Numbered from the stretch's first letter, positions 27,401 through 37,553 are shown. The stretch: 60,892 nucleotides of DNA from Bacillota bacterium (GCA_029219205.1 JAQXSY010000143.1:1-60892); one strand, 5' to 3'. Numbers and translations are program-made. The notes: generated by a model from the letters alone, not told the origin.

Positions 27401-28900
27401 TGCGTAAGTTCCGAAAGTTTCAAGAACCTCACCGTTTTTGACTCTTACGGCGCCGATTTCGGTTATTTTGTTGTTGAGCGCGGAAAGCCCGGTCGTCTCT
27501 ATGTCGAACACAACAAATTCGTCTTCGTTAAACACTGCGTCCGCGTCTCCGAAAACGATTCTCGCCGTATCGTCGACGAAATAGCCCTCCATACCGTAGA
27601 TAACCTTCATCCCGAGCTTTTCCGCTTTTTCCATCGCCTGCGGAAAAGCCTGTACGTTTCCGTGATCGGTTATCGCAACCGCCTTGTGGCCCCATTTGAA
27701 AGCCGTCTCAACCGCATCCTCCGGCGTTATCAGCGCGTCCATTGCCGAAAGCTGTGTGTGAAGATGAAGCTCAACACGCTTCTCGGGTGCGTTGTCCTCG
27801 CGGCGCAGACGTTTAATTTTCGCAACCGACGAAGGCTCAAGCGTGAGTTCGCCGTCAAACGAATCATTCTTTACGTTTCCGTATACCGCAATGATGTCCC
27901 CGTCCGAAAGCTTATCCGCAAGCGGCGCGAGATCGTCGTTTGAACGTACCGTTTTTACATAAATTGACGCGTCGTTGTCGGTCAGCGCAAAATTCAGAAT
28001 GGTCTTGTCTCCCCGGCGCGTCTGCTTTGATTCAACCGAAAGCACGCGTCCGAATACGCATACTCCTTTTACGGCTCGGTTTATATTGCGCAGCGGCGTC
28101 GGCTCAAAAATGAAACCGCCTCCGTATATTATCTCGGCGCCGCTTATATCAAAAGTCATGTTGCCGACGTTGTAAATATTATCGGAAACAACCTCCGCCT
28201 CCGCCGGCGTGCTCCCGAAAAGAGAGTATATCCTTTCATACGAAGGCTTTTCCGGCTCGGGCTTTTCCTGAACTGCCGGCGGCGCGCCCTCTTGTGCGTT
28301 CGGCTTGCGCGCAAAAGCCTCTGTCTGTTCGCGATATAGCGCCTCGGCCGCCTCGCGCTGCTGTCGTTCGTACTCTTCCGCGTCAAAGCTGTAACCGTCG
28401 CTGCGGCGTATTTCAACTTCATAGTCCAGACCGAATTCACTCTTAATAATCGCACTCACAAGCTGCGGAGATTTGCCGTCGTACAGCAAGCCGACCCCGC
28501 CGTCTCCGAAATATACCTCGATGGTTATTCGTCTGCCCTCAATTTTCGACTCGTATTTATCGAAAAAGCCTCGCGAAACTGCTCCGATTCGCTGAAGCTC
28601 CGCGATGACTTCGCTCATATAATCCGGTCCGAAAAGCTCGGGCGGATATGACGGGAAAATTTTCACGTCTGCAAGCGAGTACGTCTGGCAAATATCCGCT
28701 TCGATTTCATAAAGCGTCGCCTTCGGAATCAGCTCCGAAAAAAAAGCGTAAACCTCAAGCATCCTCCGCCCGGAATCCTTCCGAACGCGGATGTTTGAGG
28801 CTTCTGATAAAATCGCGCAGTATTCGTTACGCGGTTTATATCTTTTGAAAATATCGAAAAAATTTTTCTCTTCCACTTTATCCGCCGTATCCAATGCCAA
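24461..28900 (-). CDS. polC: DNA polymerase III, PolC type
   Basis: 1479 aa with a PHP domain, an inserted 3'-5' exonuclease (VVFDIETTGL, HNAGFDTGF, HHRAYDDA), a Zn finger (CPNC...CPVC) and a pol III alpha core. Confidence 0.97.
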   Translation of the reverse strand: MALDTADKVEEKNFFDIFKRYKPRNEYCAILSEASNIRVRKDSGRRMLEVYAFFSELIPKATLYEIEADICQTYSLADVKIFPSYPPELFGPDYMSEVIAELQRIGAVSRGFFDKYESKIEGRRITIEVYFGDGGVGLLYDGKSPQLVSAIIKSEFGLDYEVEIRRSDGYSFDAEEYERQQREAAEALYREQTEAFARKPNAQEGAPPAVQEKPEPEKPSYERIYSLFGSTPAEAEVVSDNIYNVGNMTFDISGAEIIYGGGFIFEPTPLRNINRAVKGVCVFGRVLSVESKQTRRGDKTILNFALTDNDASIYVKTVRSNDDLAPLADKLSDGDIIAVYGNVKNDSFDGELTLEPSSVAKIKRLRREDNAPEKRVELHLHTQLSAMDALITPEDAVETAFKWGHKAVAITDHGNVQAFPQAMEKAEKLGMKVIYGMEGYFVDDTARIVFGDADAVFNEDEFVVFDIETTGLSALNNKITEIGAVRVKNGEVLETFGTYADPGEHIPENITELTGITDEMVSGAPSQGDAVREFLKFAGDSILVAHNAGFDTGFIRHVCEENDIPFNNTYIDTVALSRYVNPDLQKHKLDNLADYFGLGSFNHHRAYDDAAMLAAIFAKMCGKLREEGVRTVSSMNEAMSDKVDCLKLNTNHIILLVKNQTGLKNLYKIVSLGYLNYYRKHPRLPKNVLNEYRDGLLVSSACSEGELFEAILSGKKHSELLEIAKYYDYLEIHPVSNNRYLIEKGSVQDDEGLREINRRIVALGEEANRPVVAVCDAHFMEKTDEIYRKILLAGMKFSDADRDCGLYLRTTEEMLEEFSYLGPEKAYEVVVKNTNMIADMIEEVRPIPKGTFTPHMDGAEENLTQTCEEKATRIYGSPLPDIVRKRLDKELESIIKHGFAVLYVIAQKLVSYSESQGYLVGSRGSVGSSLVAFMDGISEVNPLPPHYVCPNCKYSDFSNPDGAGSGYDLPDRNCPVCNTKMINDGHDIPFETFLGFYGDKSPDIDLNFSGEVQAKVHKYTEQLFGAENVFRAGTLGTLADKTAYGFVAKYLEGKGVSVNKAEMNRLVEGCVGVKRTTGQHPGGIIVIPREYEVYDFTPIQHPADDPTSTVVTTHFAFSYLHDTILKLDELGHDVPTKYKMIERFTNTSVMDVPMNDPEVYELFRSTKSLNVTPDDIGCPLGTLGLPEFGTGFVQPVVVEAKPKNFSDLLQISGLTHGTDVWAGNAQDLIRNGICDISQVVGTRDGIMLSLIKYGVDNSMAFKIMEFVRKNKKGKPLSDEMVGIMRENNVPEWYIDSLRKIKYMFPKAHAAAYVMSAIRIGWYKVHMPLEFYAAFFSAAPDGVDAKIVMSGKKEVMRTMAEIEKKKKEGDTTQKEEGMYSKLQLVNEAYARGIRFLPVSLEKSDAFLFLPENGGIRLPFSSLNGLGENAARSIAELRDREPIISVEELRLKAKLTKTVIEVLQTNGVLTGLSETNQISLF

Positions 28901-28906
28901 ACGGAC

Positions 28907-29986
28907 TCAGATACTCTCCATTCTGTTTATCTCGTCAATAAGCCTGCCGACAAGTCCTGCCTCGGGAAGCTTTCCGATAATCGTTCCGCGGCGAAAAAGC
29001 AGCGCCTCACCGGAGCCTCCGGCAATGCCGATATCCGCGTCGCGGGCTTCACCGGGACCGTTCACCGCGCATCCCATGACAGCGATACGAATCGGCCGGC
29101 TGTTGTGTATCTCGTCTGTACGCGCTTCAAGCTCGTTGGCAAGCGCAATTATATCAATTTTTGTTCTTCCGCAGGTCGGACAGGACGTAATCGTTATGCT
29201 GTTTGAACCGATTCCGAGCGCACGGAGTATTGCTTTTCCTTCTTCGACTTCTTTTAGGGGGGAATCGGTCAGCGACACTCTGATCGTGTCGCCGATTCCG
29301 TCGCACAGAAGCGCTCCGATTCCGACGGCGGATTTTATTGTTCCGATATGCGCCGTTCCGGCCTCCGTTACGCCTAAATGCAGCGGATAATCGCACATTT
29401 CGGCAAGTATACGGTTTGTTTTTATCATTTTGCCCGCATCGGACGACTTGACCGCAATAATTATTTCGTTAAAATCAAATTTTTCAAGCAGACGCACGTG
29501 ACGCATCGCGCTCTCGGCCAATGCCTCCGGAGTGGGCGAGCCGTACTTTGCAAGAAGCTCCTTTTCAAGTGAGCCGCTGTTCACTCCGATACGTATCGGT
29601 ATTCCTGCGGCGCGGCACGCGTCAACAACCGCCTTGACGCGGTCGTCTCCGCCGATGTTTCCGGGGTTTATCCGGATTTTGTCAATTCCCGCAGCGGCGC
29701 ACTCAAGTGCAATGCGGTAGTTAAAATGTATGTCCGCGACAAGCGGAACCTGCGCGCCGGCTTCCTTTACACTGTAAACCGTTTTTACGGCGTCCATATC
29801 CGGGACGGCGATCCTGACGATATCGCAGCCGGCCTTTTCAAGAGCCAGCACCTGCGCCGCCGTACTTTCTGCGTCGGAAGCCTGAACATTAGTCATAGAC
29901 TGGACGGAGACCGGTGCGTCACCGCCTATAAAAAGCCTTCCGACCTTTATTTTACGCGAATGACGTCTAATTTCATTATAATTCAT
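28907..29986 (-). CDS. ispG: 4-hydroxy-3-methylbut-2-en-1-yl diphosphate synthase
   Basis: 359-aa GcpE family protein with the motifs VQSMTN, RINPGNIG and CPTCGR. Confidence 0.95.
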   Translation of the reverse strand: MNYNEIRRHSRKIKVGRLFIGGDAPVSVQSMTNVQASDAESTAAQVLALEKAGCDIVRIAVPDMDAVKTVYSVKEAGAQVPLVADIHFNYRIALECAAAGIDKIRINPGNIGGDDRVKAVVDACRAAGIPIRIGVNSGSLEKELLAKYGSPTPEALAESAMRHVRLLEKFDFNEIIIAVKSSDAGKMIKTNRILAEMCDYPLHLGVTEAGTAHIGTIKSAVGIGALLCDGIGDTIRVSLTDSPLKEVEEGKAILRALGIGSNSITITSCPTCGRTKIDIIALANELEARTDEIHNSRPIRIAVMGCAVNGPGEARDADIGIAGGSGEALLFRRGTIIGKLPEAGLVGRLIDEINRMESI

Positions 29987-29987
29987 A

Positions 29988-31043
29988 TTATTTTAAAAAG
30001 AGCCTCATCAGATCTTTATATGTCACAAACACCATAAGTGCCATGAACAGTACGATGCCGGCAAAATGAACGTATCCTTCGTATTCCGGCTTTATAGGCT
30101 TACCGCGGATCAGCTCGATCACCATAAACACAAGCCTACCGCCGTCAAGCGCGGGAAGCGGAATTATGTTGAAAATTCCGAGATTAAGCGTTATCAGCGC
30201 GGTAAGCGACAGAAGGCTGCCGAATCCGGATTTTGCCGCGTCGCCGATTGCGCTGGTCATGCCGACCGGACCGGACATCTGTTCAATGCCGTATCTGCCG
30301 GTTATGAGGTCAATAAGAGACGTCCAGATCAGCTTGATAGACGCGCAGCTCTGATACCATGAGTGCTTTACGACGTTAACAAAATTTTTCTCCTCTGCGG
30401 CAACGTAAAAGTCGGCGTCTCCGAACATCGTTCCCTGTTCGCTTACAGTCGGAAAAACAACGTCCTCGACAACAAGCTTCTTTCCGCCCCGTATAACGGT
30501 AACGTCAATCGGTTCGATGCCCTCTCGCATTATTTCAAACACAAGGTCGTATGATATATGCGTATTTGCGTCTCCGATTTTTACGATTTTGTCGCCGACT
30601 CTGAGTCCGCTTTCCTGGGAAACCGAATTTTCATCTGCAAACCGCAGTATTGTCGTTGAGCCGAGCGTTTTCGACGACACAACGATTATGCATGTGAGAA
30701 GTATTCCGAGCAACAGATTCATTGCGGCTCCGGCGGCAGTTATAATCATTCTCTGCCAAACCGGTTTGCGGTTGAGAGCGTTTTCGTCCTCGGACTCCTC
30801 ATCCTCGCCAACCATACTGACAAATCCGCCGATCGGCAGTATCCTTATCGAATAAGCGATACCGGTTTTTTTTGAAACCTTTGAAACAAGTTTTGGACCC
30901 ATTCCAATGGAAAATTCCTTTATGCTCACCTTGAACAGTCTTGCAAAAATATAGTGTCCGAGCTCGTGTATGAATATCAGAACGCTGAAAATCAGCAGTG
31001 CAAGAACGATATAAATCAGAACCCTCTCCTTTTCGGTCTGCAA
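29988..31043 (-). CDS. rseP: RIP metalloprotease RseP/YluC (site-2 protease, M50)
   Basis: HELGHY zinc motif in TM1, a PDZ-like middle region and the C-terminal NIIPLPALDGG motif. Confidence 0.9.
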   Translation of the reverse strand: MQTEKERVLIYIVLALLIFSVLIFIHELGHYIFARLFKVSIKEFSIGMGPKLVSKVSKKTGIAYSIRILPIGGFVSMVGEDEESEDENALNRKPVWQRMIITAAGAAMNLLLGILLTCIIVVSSKTLGSTTILRFADENSVSQESGLRVGDKIVKIGDANTHISYDLVFEIMREGIEPIDVTVIRGGKKLVVEDVVFPTVSEQGTMFGDADFYVAAEEKNFVNVVKHSWYQSCASIKLIWTSLIDLITGRYGIEQMSGPVGMTSAIGDAAKSGFGSLLSLTALITLNLGIFNIIPLPALDGGRLVFMVIELIRGKPIKPEYEGYVHFAGIVLFMALMVFVTYKDLMRLFLK

Positions 31044-31044
31044 A

Positions 31045-32190
31045 TTATCTTACAAGACCGTAAACATATTCGCGCGCCTCGGCGTCCGCGGCTTCAACCT
31101 GTTCCAGAGTCGGAGATTTTATGTCCGCGCATCTTGCGGTCGCCTCGCATACGGCAGAAGATATGTCGCCGAAGCCGATTTTTCCGATCAGAAACAGTTC
31201 AACCGCCGCTTCGTCTGCGGCGTTCATCGCAGCCGGAACGACCCCGCCGCGTTTTATCGAATCATATGCGAGCGGAAGCAGCGGAAACGTTTTTTTATCC
31301 GGTTCAAAAAACGAAAGCGTGCATACCGACGCAAGATTAAGACGGTTAACCGGGCTTGTATACCTTCCCGGATTCGTCAGCGCATACTGTATGCACAGTT
31401 TCATGTCCGGAACGCTCATCTGCGCAATGACCGCGCTATCATTATATTCGACCATCGAATGCACTATGCTTTCACGGTGGACAAGAACGTCGATTTTTTC
31501 CGGCGAGATGCCGAAAAGATGATGTGCCTCTATAACCTCAAAGCCCTTGTTCATCATTGTCGCGGAATCGATTGTAATGCGTTTTCCCATTGTCCAGGTC
31601 GGATGGGCCAACGCTTCGCGCGGCGTGATGCTGTCAAGCTCCTTTTTTCCGAGATTGAAAAACGGACCGCCGGATGCTGTCAGAATAAGCCGCCTGATAT
31701 CCTCATGCCGGTTTCCTCTGAGACATTGTTCGATCGCCGAATGCTCGCTGTCTACCGGCGCAATCTCAACCCCGCGGCGCGCCGCCTCAGCCATAACCGT
31801 TTCACCGAATGCAACGAGTGATTCCTTGTTTGCAAGCGCAAGCTTCTTGTTTGCCGCTATCGCCGCCATAGTCGGTCTGAGCCCGGATATTCCCGAAACG
31901 GCGTTTAAAACCGTGTCCGCGTCGGTAAGTTGGATCATTTCCAAAATCGCGTCCGCTCCTCCGAGCACGAGCGTGTTTGTGTCACTGACCGCTTCGCGCA
32001 GTCTGCGGGCCGCATCCTCGTCTATAACCGCACAAAAACGAGGCGAATGTGCCCTTATCTGCATTTCAAGCAGCTTTATCGTTCTCTTTGCCGCTATCGC
32101 GTCAACCCTAATCCCAAGATGTGCGGCAACCTCAAGTGCCTGCATTCCAACCGATCCTGTCGCACCGAGAACCGCAATACTTTCCGTCAA
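31045..32190 (-). CDS. dxr: 1-deoxy-D-xylulose 5-phosphate reductoisomerase
   Basis: LGATGSVG NADPH motif, PVDSEHSAI, and the LANKESLV and HPTWTMG motifs. Confidence 0.95.
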   Translation of the reverse strand: MTESIAVLGATGSVGMQALEVAAHLGIRVDAIAAKRTIKLLEMQIRAHSPRFCAVIDEDAARRLREAVSDTNTLVLGGADAILEMIQLTDADTVLNAVSGISGLRPTMAAIAANKKLALANKESLVAFGETVMAEAARRGVEIAPVDSEHSAIEQCLRGNRHEDIRRLILTASGGPFFNLGKKELDSITPREALAHPTWTMGKRITIDSATMMNKGFEVIEAHHLFGISPEKIDVLVHRESIVHSMVEYNDSAVIAQMSVPDMKLCIQYALTNPGRYTSPVNRLNLASVCTLSFFEPDKKTFPLLPLAYDSIKRGGVVPAAMNAADEAAVELFLIGKIGFGDISSAVCEATARCADIKSPTLEQVEAADAEAREYVYGLVR

Positions 32191-32223
32191 AACGATAAAT
32201 CCTCCTTATAAGTCCAAAGCTGT

Positions 32224-33057
32224 TCAGAAAAATAATTCAAAAAATTCAGACAGCGAACAAATTATGTATAAAAACGGGGCAACGGCGATGACGCTGTCGA
32301 TACGGTCAAGCACGCCTCCGTGTCCGGGAAGTATGATCCCGAAATCCTTAATGTTATAGCGGCGCTTGATTTTTGAAAACACAAGATCACCGCACTGCGA
32401 CAAAACGCTGACGACAATACCGACGATAATAGTCGGAATAAACCTCGGCGTCACATCGAAAATCTTTCCGATAACAAATCCGTATATCACCATGCTCAGA
32501 CAGCCGAACAGAACGCCGGCAACAGCGCCCTCAACGGTTTTTTTCGGACTTACCTCCGGAATAAGCTTGTGCCTGCCGAACGCGCAGCCGAAGAAATAAG
32601 CAAAGGAATCGTTTATCCACGGTACAACCAGCGAAAGCAGGTAAATATAAACGCCGTGCTTCAGGTCTCGCAGCAGAATTATCGACGATATCGCAAACGT
32701 AATGTATACGGTAAATACAGCACAGGTAACCGCTTCATCAATCGTCAGTCCGTGCCATGAAAACACCGCCGCCGTCAGCAAATAAAAGATATAAGTAAAA
32801 ATTACAAAAAAGACATACCGGAAATACAAGTCGGAATTGTCGAGAGCTCTGACTCCGACCGGCAATAAAATTGATATGACATACGAAGGAACCGCCACAA
32901 CGTATTTTTTTCTGACGCCGATGCAGCCGAGTATCTCATATTCAGCGATAAGCGACAACAGACATGCAAGTATTACGAGCATGAAAGTTCCGGAAAACCA
33001 CAGAAAAGGCAATATGAAAATTGTCGCGCAAATCGCCGTAATAATTCTCTTTTTCAT
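32224..33057 (-). CDS. cdsA: phosphatidate cytidylyltransferase
   Basis: 277-aa polytopic protein with the C-terminal signature SKIKRRYNIKDFGIILPGHGGVLDRIDS. Confidence 0.9.
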   Translation of the reverse strand: MKKRIITAICATIFILPFLWFSGTFMLVILACLLSLIAEYEILGCIGVRKKYVVAVPSYVISILLPVGVRALDNSDLYFRYVFFVIFTYIFYLLTAAVFSWHGLTIDEAVTCAVFTVYITFAISSIILLRDLKHGVYIYLLSLVVPWINDSFAYFFGCAFGRHKLIPEVSPKKTVEGAVAGVLFGCLSMVIYGFVIGKIFDVTPRFIPTIIVGIVVSVLSQCGDLVFSKIKRRYNIKDFGIILPGHGGVLDRIDSVIAVAPFLYIICSLSEFFELFF

Positions 33058-33127
33058 ACGATACGTTTCTCCGGCAAAGTAAAATAAAATATTCTGACCG
33101 CGTCATGCCGGACACACAGTCCATATA

Positions 33128-33868
33128 TCAGATGCCTCCGAAGCGCCTGCTTCTGCCCGCAAACCAGCGCACAGCCTCATCGACGTCTTTTTCGGTAAAA
33201 TCCGGCCAATATTTTTCGGAAAAATAAAGCTCCGAATAAGCCGACTGCCAAAGCAGGAAATTTGATATGCGGCTTTCGCCGCCCGTCCGGACAATAATAT
33301 CCGGAGGAACACATTCGCCGGTATCAAGACTTGCCGTTATGTCGTCTTCGGTAACACATTTCGCGCCCGCGGAAATCAGTTTGTTCACCGAGCGGACAAT
33401 CTCGTCACGTCCGCCGTAATTTATCGCTATGTTTAGACGCTTTGTTTTTTCTCCCGTCCTCGCTTCAAGCTCGGTCATCATGGAGCGTATGCTATCGGGA
33501 AGGGGCTCTCTGTTTCCGATAAAACGTATTTCGAGGTCTTTTGCTTTCGTGCTGTTTGTACAGTCCCGAAAATACGCCTCGAAAAGCTTCATCAGAGCGT
33601 CAATTTCTTTTTTCGGACGGTTTTTCAGATTCTCGGTTGATAAAGCGTAAACCGTAACCGTTTTTATCCCAATTTCTCCGCAGTATTCAATAAGTTTTTT
33701 GAATACCGCGCTGCCCTCTTTGTGTCCGGCTTCACGCGGAAGACCGCGCTTTTTCGCCCATCTTCCGTTGCCGTCCATAATGAAGGCTATGTGTCTGAGA
33801 CCGCTGCTCCGGACCAGCTCCGTTACGGAGCCGGCCGCGGAGCCTTTTTTTCCAAGCTTCAAAAACAT
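33128..33868 (-). CDS. uppS: isoprenyl transferase (undecaprenyl diphosphate synthase)
   Basis: HIAFIMDGNGRWA, FSTENLKNR-like YALSTENLKNR and RTGGESRISNFLLWQ motifs. Confidence 0.95.
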   Translation of the reverse strand: MFLKLGKKGSAAGSVTELVRSSGLRHIAFIMDGNGRWAKKRGLPREAGHKEGSAVFKKLIEYCGEIGIKTVTVYALSTENLKNRPKKEIDALMKLFEAYFRDCTNSTKAKDLEIRFIGNREPLPDSIRSMMTELEARTGEKTKRLNIAINYGGRDEIVRSVNKLISAGAKCVTEDDITASLDTGECVPPDIIVRTGGESRISNFLLWQSAYSELYFSEKYWPDFTEKDVDEAVRWFAGRSRRFGGI

Positions 33869-33889
33869 ATCGGACGCGGCTCTTTGGAA

Positions 33890-34444
33890 TCAGAGAGCCA
33901 TGATCTCCTTGTCTTTCTTCGCCGTGATGACGTCAACTTCCTTTATATATTTGTCTGTAAGCTCCTGAACCGATTTTTCGGATGCTTTCTGCTCATCCTC
34001 GGTCATTTCGCTCTTTTTCTTCATTTCCTTGCATTTTTCGTTCGCTTCGCGGCGAATATTGCGTACCGCAACCTTTGTATCCTCACCCATTTTCGCGGTC
34101 TGCTTTGTCAGTTCGCGGCGGCGTTCTTCCGTCAGCTGCGGGAAATTGAGACGTATAACCTTACCGTCGTTCTGCGGCTGAAGGCCGAGATCGGAGGCGA
34201 GTATGGCGCGTTCAATGCTCTTAAGCTGCGATGCGTCCCAGGGCTGAATAACCATTGTGCGCGCGTCGGTTATGCTGAGCTGCGCAACCTGATTTATTGC
34301 TGTGGGCGCGCCGTAATAGTCGATTGTGATTTTGTCGAGAACTGCGGGATTGGCTCTGCCTACGCGTATTGTCGCAAGCTTCGATTCGTATGCCGCGAGC
34401 GTTTTCTTCATTTTTTCTTCATATTCTTTGTTGTCAAGTTTCAT
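33890..34444 (-). CDS. frr: ribosome recycling factor
   Basis: 184 aa with the motifs IRVGRANPAVLD and LTEERRRELTK. Confidence 0.95.
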   Translation of the reverse strand: MKLDNKEYEEKMKKTLAAYESKLATIRVGRANPAVLDKITIDYYGAPTAINQVAQLSITDARTMVIQPWDASQLKSIERAILASDLGLQPQNDGKVIRLNFPQLTEERRRELTKQTAKMGEDTKVAVRNIRREANEKCKEMKKKSEMTEDEQKASEKSVQELTDKYIKEVDVITAKKDKEIMAL

Positions 34445-34448
34445 TTTT

Positions 34449-35174
34449 TTAAGCTCCTTTTACTATTGTTCCGATTTTTTCTCCCCTTACGGCGCGAACG
34501 ATGTTCTCCGGATCGTCGATGCCAAACAGCAGGAGGGGCAGATGGTTGTCTTTTCCGAATGAGGCAGCGGTTGAGTCGATAACGCCGAGTTCATTGCTTA
34601 GGATCTCCATGTAATTGATCGAATCGAGTTTAACGGCTTCCGGGTCTTTTCTGGGATCGGCAGTATATACCCCGTCGATGTTCTTCGCCATCATTACTAT
34701 GTCGGCGTTGATTTCGGCTCCTCTGAGCACCGCCGCGGTGTCTGTTGAAAAGAAAGGATTGCCGATGCCGCAGCCGAATATGACCGTTCTGCCTTGCTCC
34801 AGATGATGCACGGCCTTGTTTCGTATATACGGCTCCGCAATCTCGTGCATTGCGATTGCCGTCATAACTCTGGTCTCGACTCCGATCTGCTCCAGCGCGT
34901 CCTGAAGCGCAAGCGAGTTTATCGCGGTTGCAAGCATACCCATGTGGTCGGCTCTGGTGCGATCCATCTTATCGCCCTGCCTTCCTCTCCATATATTGCC
35001 CGCTCCGACAACGATTCCAACCTGCACTTTCATTTCAACGCACTTTTTTATCGCCTCGCAGATCTTGCGTACATAATCGTAATTCAGAATACCCGATGTG
35101 CTTCCGGTCGCAAGCGCCTCGCCCGAAAGCTTTATGAGCACTCTTTTATACTTTGGTTCGTTTGTTCCTGTCAT
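34449..35174 (-). CDS. pyrH: UMP kinase
   Basis: YKRVLIKLSGEAL N-terminus. Start moved to ATG 35174 (GGGGAG upstream); the track's 280-aa N-terminal extension has no homology-like character. Confidence 0.92.
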   Translation of the reverse strand: MTGTNEPKYKRVLIKLSGEALATGSTSGILNYDYVRKICEAIKKCVEMKVQVGIVVGAGNIWRGRQGDKMDRTRADHMGMLATAINSLALQDALEQIGVETRVMTAIAMHEIAEPYIRNKAVHHLEQGRTVIFGCGIGNPFFSTDTAAVLRGAEINADIVMMAKNIDGVYTADPRKDPEAVKLDSINYMEILSNELGVIDSTAASFGKDNHLPLLLFGIDDPENIVRAVRGEKIGTIVKGA

Positions 35175-35273
35175 CTCAACCTTACTCCCCTTTTTATTAT
35201 TTAACCATAAATATTTTACCATGCAATTTCCTATTTGTAAACATAAAATAACCGAATAATTATATTTATTTCC

Positions 35274-35315
35274 GCAAAAACAGCCTGCCACGGTTAATAT
35301 CCAAGACAGGCTGTT
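35274..35315 (-). terminator. rho-independent terminator/attenuator between tsf and pyrH
   Basis: ACAGCCTG/CAGGCTGT stem (35279-35315). On the minus strand it is followed by TTTTTGCGG. Confidence 0.7.
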
Positions 35316-35333
35316 GACAAAAACGATATTATT

Positions 35334-36266
35334 TTACTTTACGAGGTTTGCAATTTCTTCTGCGAAGTTGTCTTCTCTCTTCTGAAGTCCTTCGCCCTTT
35401 TCATAGCGGTAGAAGCTGTTGAGCTTAACGCTGCCGCCGAATTCCTTCGCACAGTTTTCGATATACTTGCCGACGCTTACGGAATCATCCTTGACATATG
35501 CCTGATCCTCAAGGCAGTTGGTCTCGTAATACTTGCCGATGCGTCCGCTGACCATCTTTTCGATGATATTGGCAGGCTTCTTGCTGTTTGCAGGATCGTT
35601 TGCGATCTGTGTCATGAGGATTTCCTTTTCCTCTGCGATAACAGACTCGGGAACGTCGTTTCTTGTGGTGTAGAGGCAGTTCATCGCAGCAACCTGAAGC
35701 GCAACGTTCTTTGCCATTTCAGCAAATCCGGGAGCGTTTGCAGCCGTGTCGTCCGCGTCAAATTTAACGATAACTCCGGTTACGCCCTTGCCGTGAATAT
35801 ATGTGCTCATAATGCCGTCGACAATGAGGAAACGGCGGATCGTAATATTCTCTTTGATCGTTGCGATCTTCTGAACGAGAACGGACTCAACGGTCTCGTC
35901 GGTTCCGTCAAACTTGGAAGCCTTGAGCGCGTCAACATCGGCGGGTCTTGCCGCGAGAATGGTTCTGAGCAGTCCCTTAACAAATTCAACGAAAGTATCG
36001 TTCTTTGCGACAAAGTCGGTTTCTGCGTTGACCTCAATCATAGCTGCGGTCTTATTGTCGTCGGAAACCATTATATCTACAACGCCTTCTGCGGCGATAC
36101 GGTCAGCCTTTTTGGCAGCCGTTGCAAGTCCCTTTTCACGAAGTCTCTTTATTGCTTCATCGAAGTCGCCCTCAGTCTCTACAAGCGCCTTCTTGCAGTC
36201 CATCATTCCGCATCCGGTCTTTTTGCGGAGCTCGTTGACCATCTGTGCACTGATTGTTACAGCCAT
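35334..36266 (-). CDS. tsf: translation elongation factor Ts
   Basis: N-terminal UBA-like VNELRKKTGCGMMDCKKAL, 310 aa, downstream of rpsB. Confidence 0.95.
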   Translation of the reverse strand: MAVTISAQMVNELRKKTGCGMMDCKKALVETEGDFDEAIKRLREKGLATAAKKADRIAAEGVVDIMVSDDNKTAAMIEVNAETDFVAKNDTFVEFVKGLLRTILAARPADVDALKASKFDGTDETVESVLVQKIATIKENITIRRFLIVDGIMSTYIHGKGVTGVIVKFDADDTAANAPGFAEMAKNVALQVAAMNCLYTTRNDVPESVIAEEKEILMTQIANDPANSKKPANIIEKMVSGRIGKYYETNCLEDQAYVKDDSVSVGKYIENCAKEFGGSVKLNSFYRYEKGEGLQKREDNFAEEIANLVK

Positions 36267-36312
36267 TTTTATATTCTCCTTTATTATTACTCTTCTGTCT
36301 CAAGCGGCGGCT

Positions 36313-37080
36313 TTATGCGTTCTCAGCGTCTTCTGCTGCTTCTGCGTCTTCTTCAGCCTCAGCTTCCGTGATCGCAGCCTCGTTCTCCTCAAACTGTTCG
36401 CCCTGCTTGCCTTCGATAACAGCATCTGCGAGAACAGAGGAGATAAGTTTGATTGCGCGGATAGCGTCGTCGTTGCCGGGAATGATATAGTCGGCGTCGT
36501 CGGGATCGCAGTTCGTATCAACGATTGCAACAACCGGAATACCGAGCTTCTTTGCCTCTGCAACAGCGTTCTTTTCCTTGCGCGGGTCAACTATAAACAC
36601 TGCGGCAGGAAGTCCCGTCATGTTCTTGATACCGCCGTAGTTCTTCTCAAGGTCGTTCTTTTCTTTGATGAGGGAAGCGACTTCTTTCTTGGGAAGAAGG
36701 TCAAACGTGCCGTCCTCAGACATTTTTTCAAGAGCGTGGAGACGAGCAATACTTCTCTTTATGGTCTTGTAGTTGGTAAGCATACCGCCGGGCCAGCGTA
36801 CGTTTACATAGTACATTCCGCAGCGGACAGCCTCTTCTTTGATTGCGTCGGCAGCCTGCTTCTTTGTGCCGACAAACAGTATGTTTCCGCCCTCGGTTGC
36901 AACGTCGCGTACGAACATATAAGCTTCTTCAAACTTTTTTACCGTTTTCTGAAGGTCGATGATGTAGATACCGTTGCGTTCCGTGAAGATGTATTCGGCC
37001 ATCTTCGGGTTCCATCTGCGGGTATGGTGTCCGAAATGGACGCCGGCTTCGAGCAGCTGTTTAATTGTGATAATAGACAT
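36313..37080 (-). CDS. rpsB: 30S ribosomal protein S2
   Basis: [19 protein letters not shown]-terminus. Start at ATG 37080 (GGAGG upstream); the track's upstream extension is rejected. The C-terminal tail is acidic ([17 protein letters not shown]). Confidence 0.95.
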   Translation of the reverse strand: MSIITIKQLLEAGVHFGHHTRRWNPKMAEYIFTERNGIYIIDLQKTVKKFEEAYMFVRDVATEGGNILFVGTKKQAADAIKEEAVRCGMYYVNVRWPGGMLTNYKTIKRSIARLHALEKMSEDGTFDLLPKKEVASLIKEKNDLEKNYGGIKNMTGLPAAVFIVDPRKEKNAVAEAKKLGIPVVAIVDTNCDPDDADYIIPGNDDAIRAIKLISSVLADAVIEGKQGEQFEENEAAITEAEAEEDAEAAEDAENA

Positions 37081-37190
37081 TTTTATCCTCCTTCGGTTAT
37101 CCCACCACGGCGAAACAAGGATACCGGCCGTAAAAATTTGCCGTTTCCTCACCGAACGAAACACCGTGTGTGAATTCGATACCAAATTAT

Positions 37191-37219
37191 ATTTTAACAC
37201 ATTCTTCCGCAATTTGCAA
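37191..37219 (-). promoter_or_regulatory. sigma-A type promoter of rpsB-tsf
   Basis: The reverse complement reads TTGCAA (37219-37214), 17 nt, TAAAAT (37196-37191). This leaves a 5' UTR of about 100 nt. Confidence 0.55.
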
Positions 37220-37253
37220 GCTTGTTTTAACTGTTCACGTTTTTTTTACATTT

Positions 37254-37553
37254 TTATTTAAAGAATCCCCGCTTATGTTTTTTTCCGTCTCCGGAGCATC
37301 CGCATCCGCCGCGCGGGCACAAATCCTTTGCATCGACGATGATTATGTCGTCCCCGATGCTTTTGATTGCCTCCCACGGCACGCATACGTCCTCCGGCCT
37401 TGAAAAGAAGCCGCCTCCGTCGGTTGCGACGATAAGTGCGACAATCTTTCCGTCACAGGTGTCTACCTCCGCATCCCAGACGCATCCGAGCCGTCGTCCG
37501 TCGCAGATATTTATTACTTCCTTGTCACGCAGATCATTTATGCAGCACGACAT
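37254..37553 (-). CDS. ylmC: YlmC/YmxH family sporulation protein (PRC-barrel)
   Basis: 99 aa with the motif LRDKEVINICDGRRLGCVWDAEVDTCDGKIVALIV, typical of YlmC/YmxH. Confidence 0.8.
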   Translation of the reverse strand: MSCCINDLRDKEVINICDGRRLGCVWDAEVDTCDGKIVALIVATDGGGFFSRPEDVCVPWEAIKSIGDDIIIVDAKDLCPRGGCGCSGDGKKHKRGFFK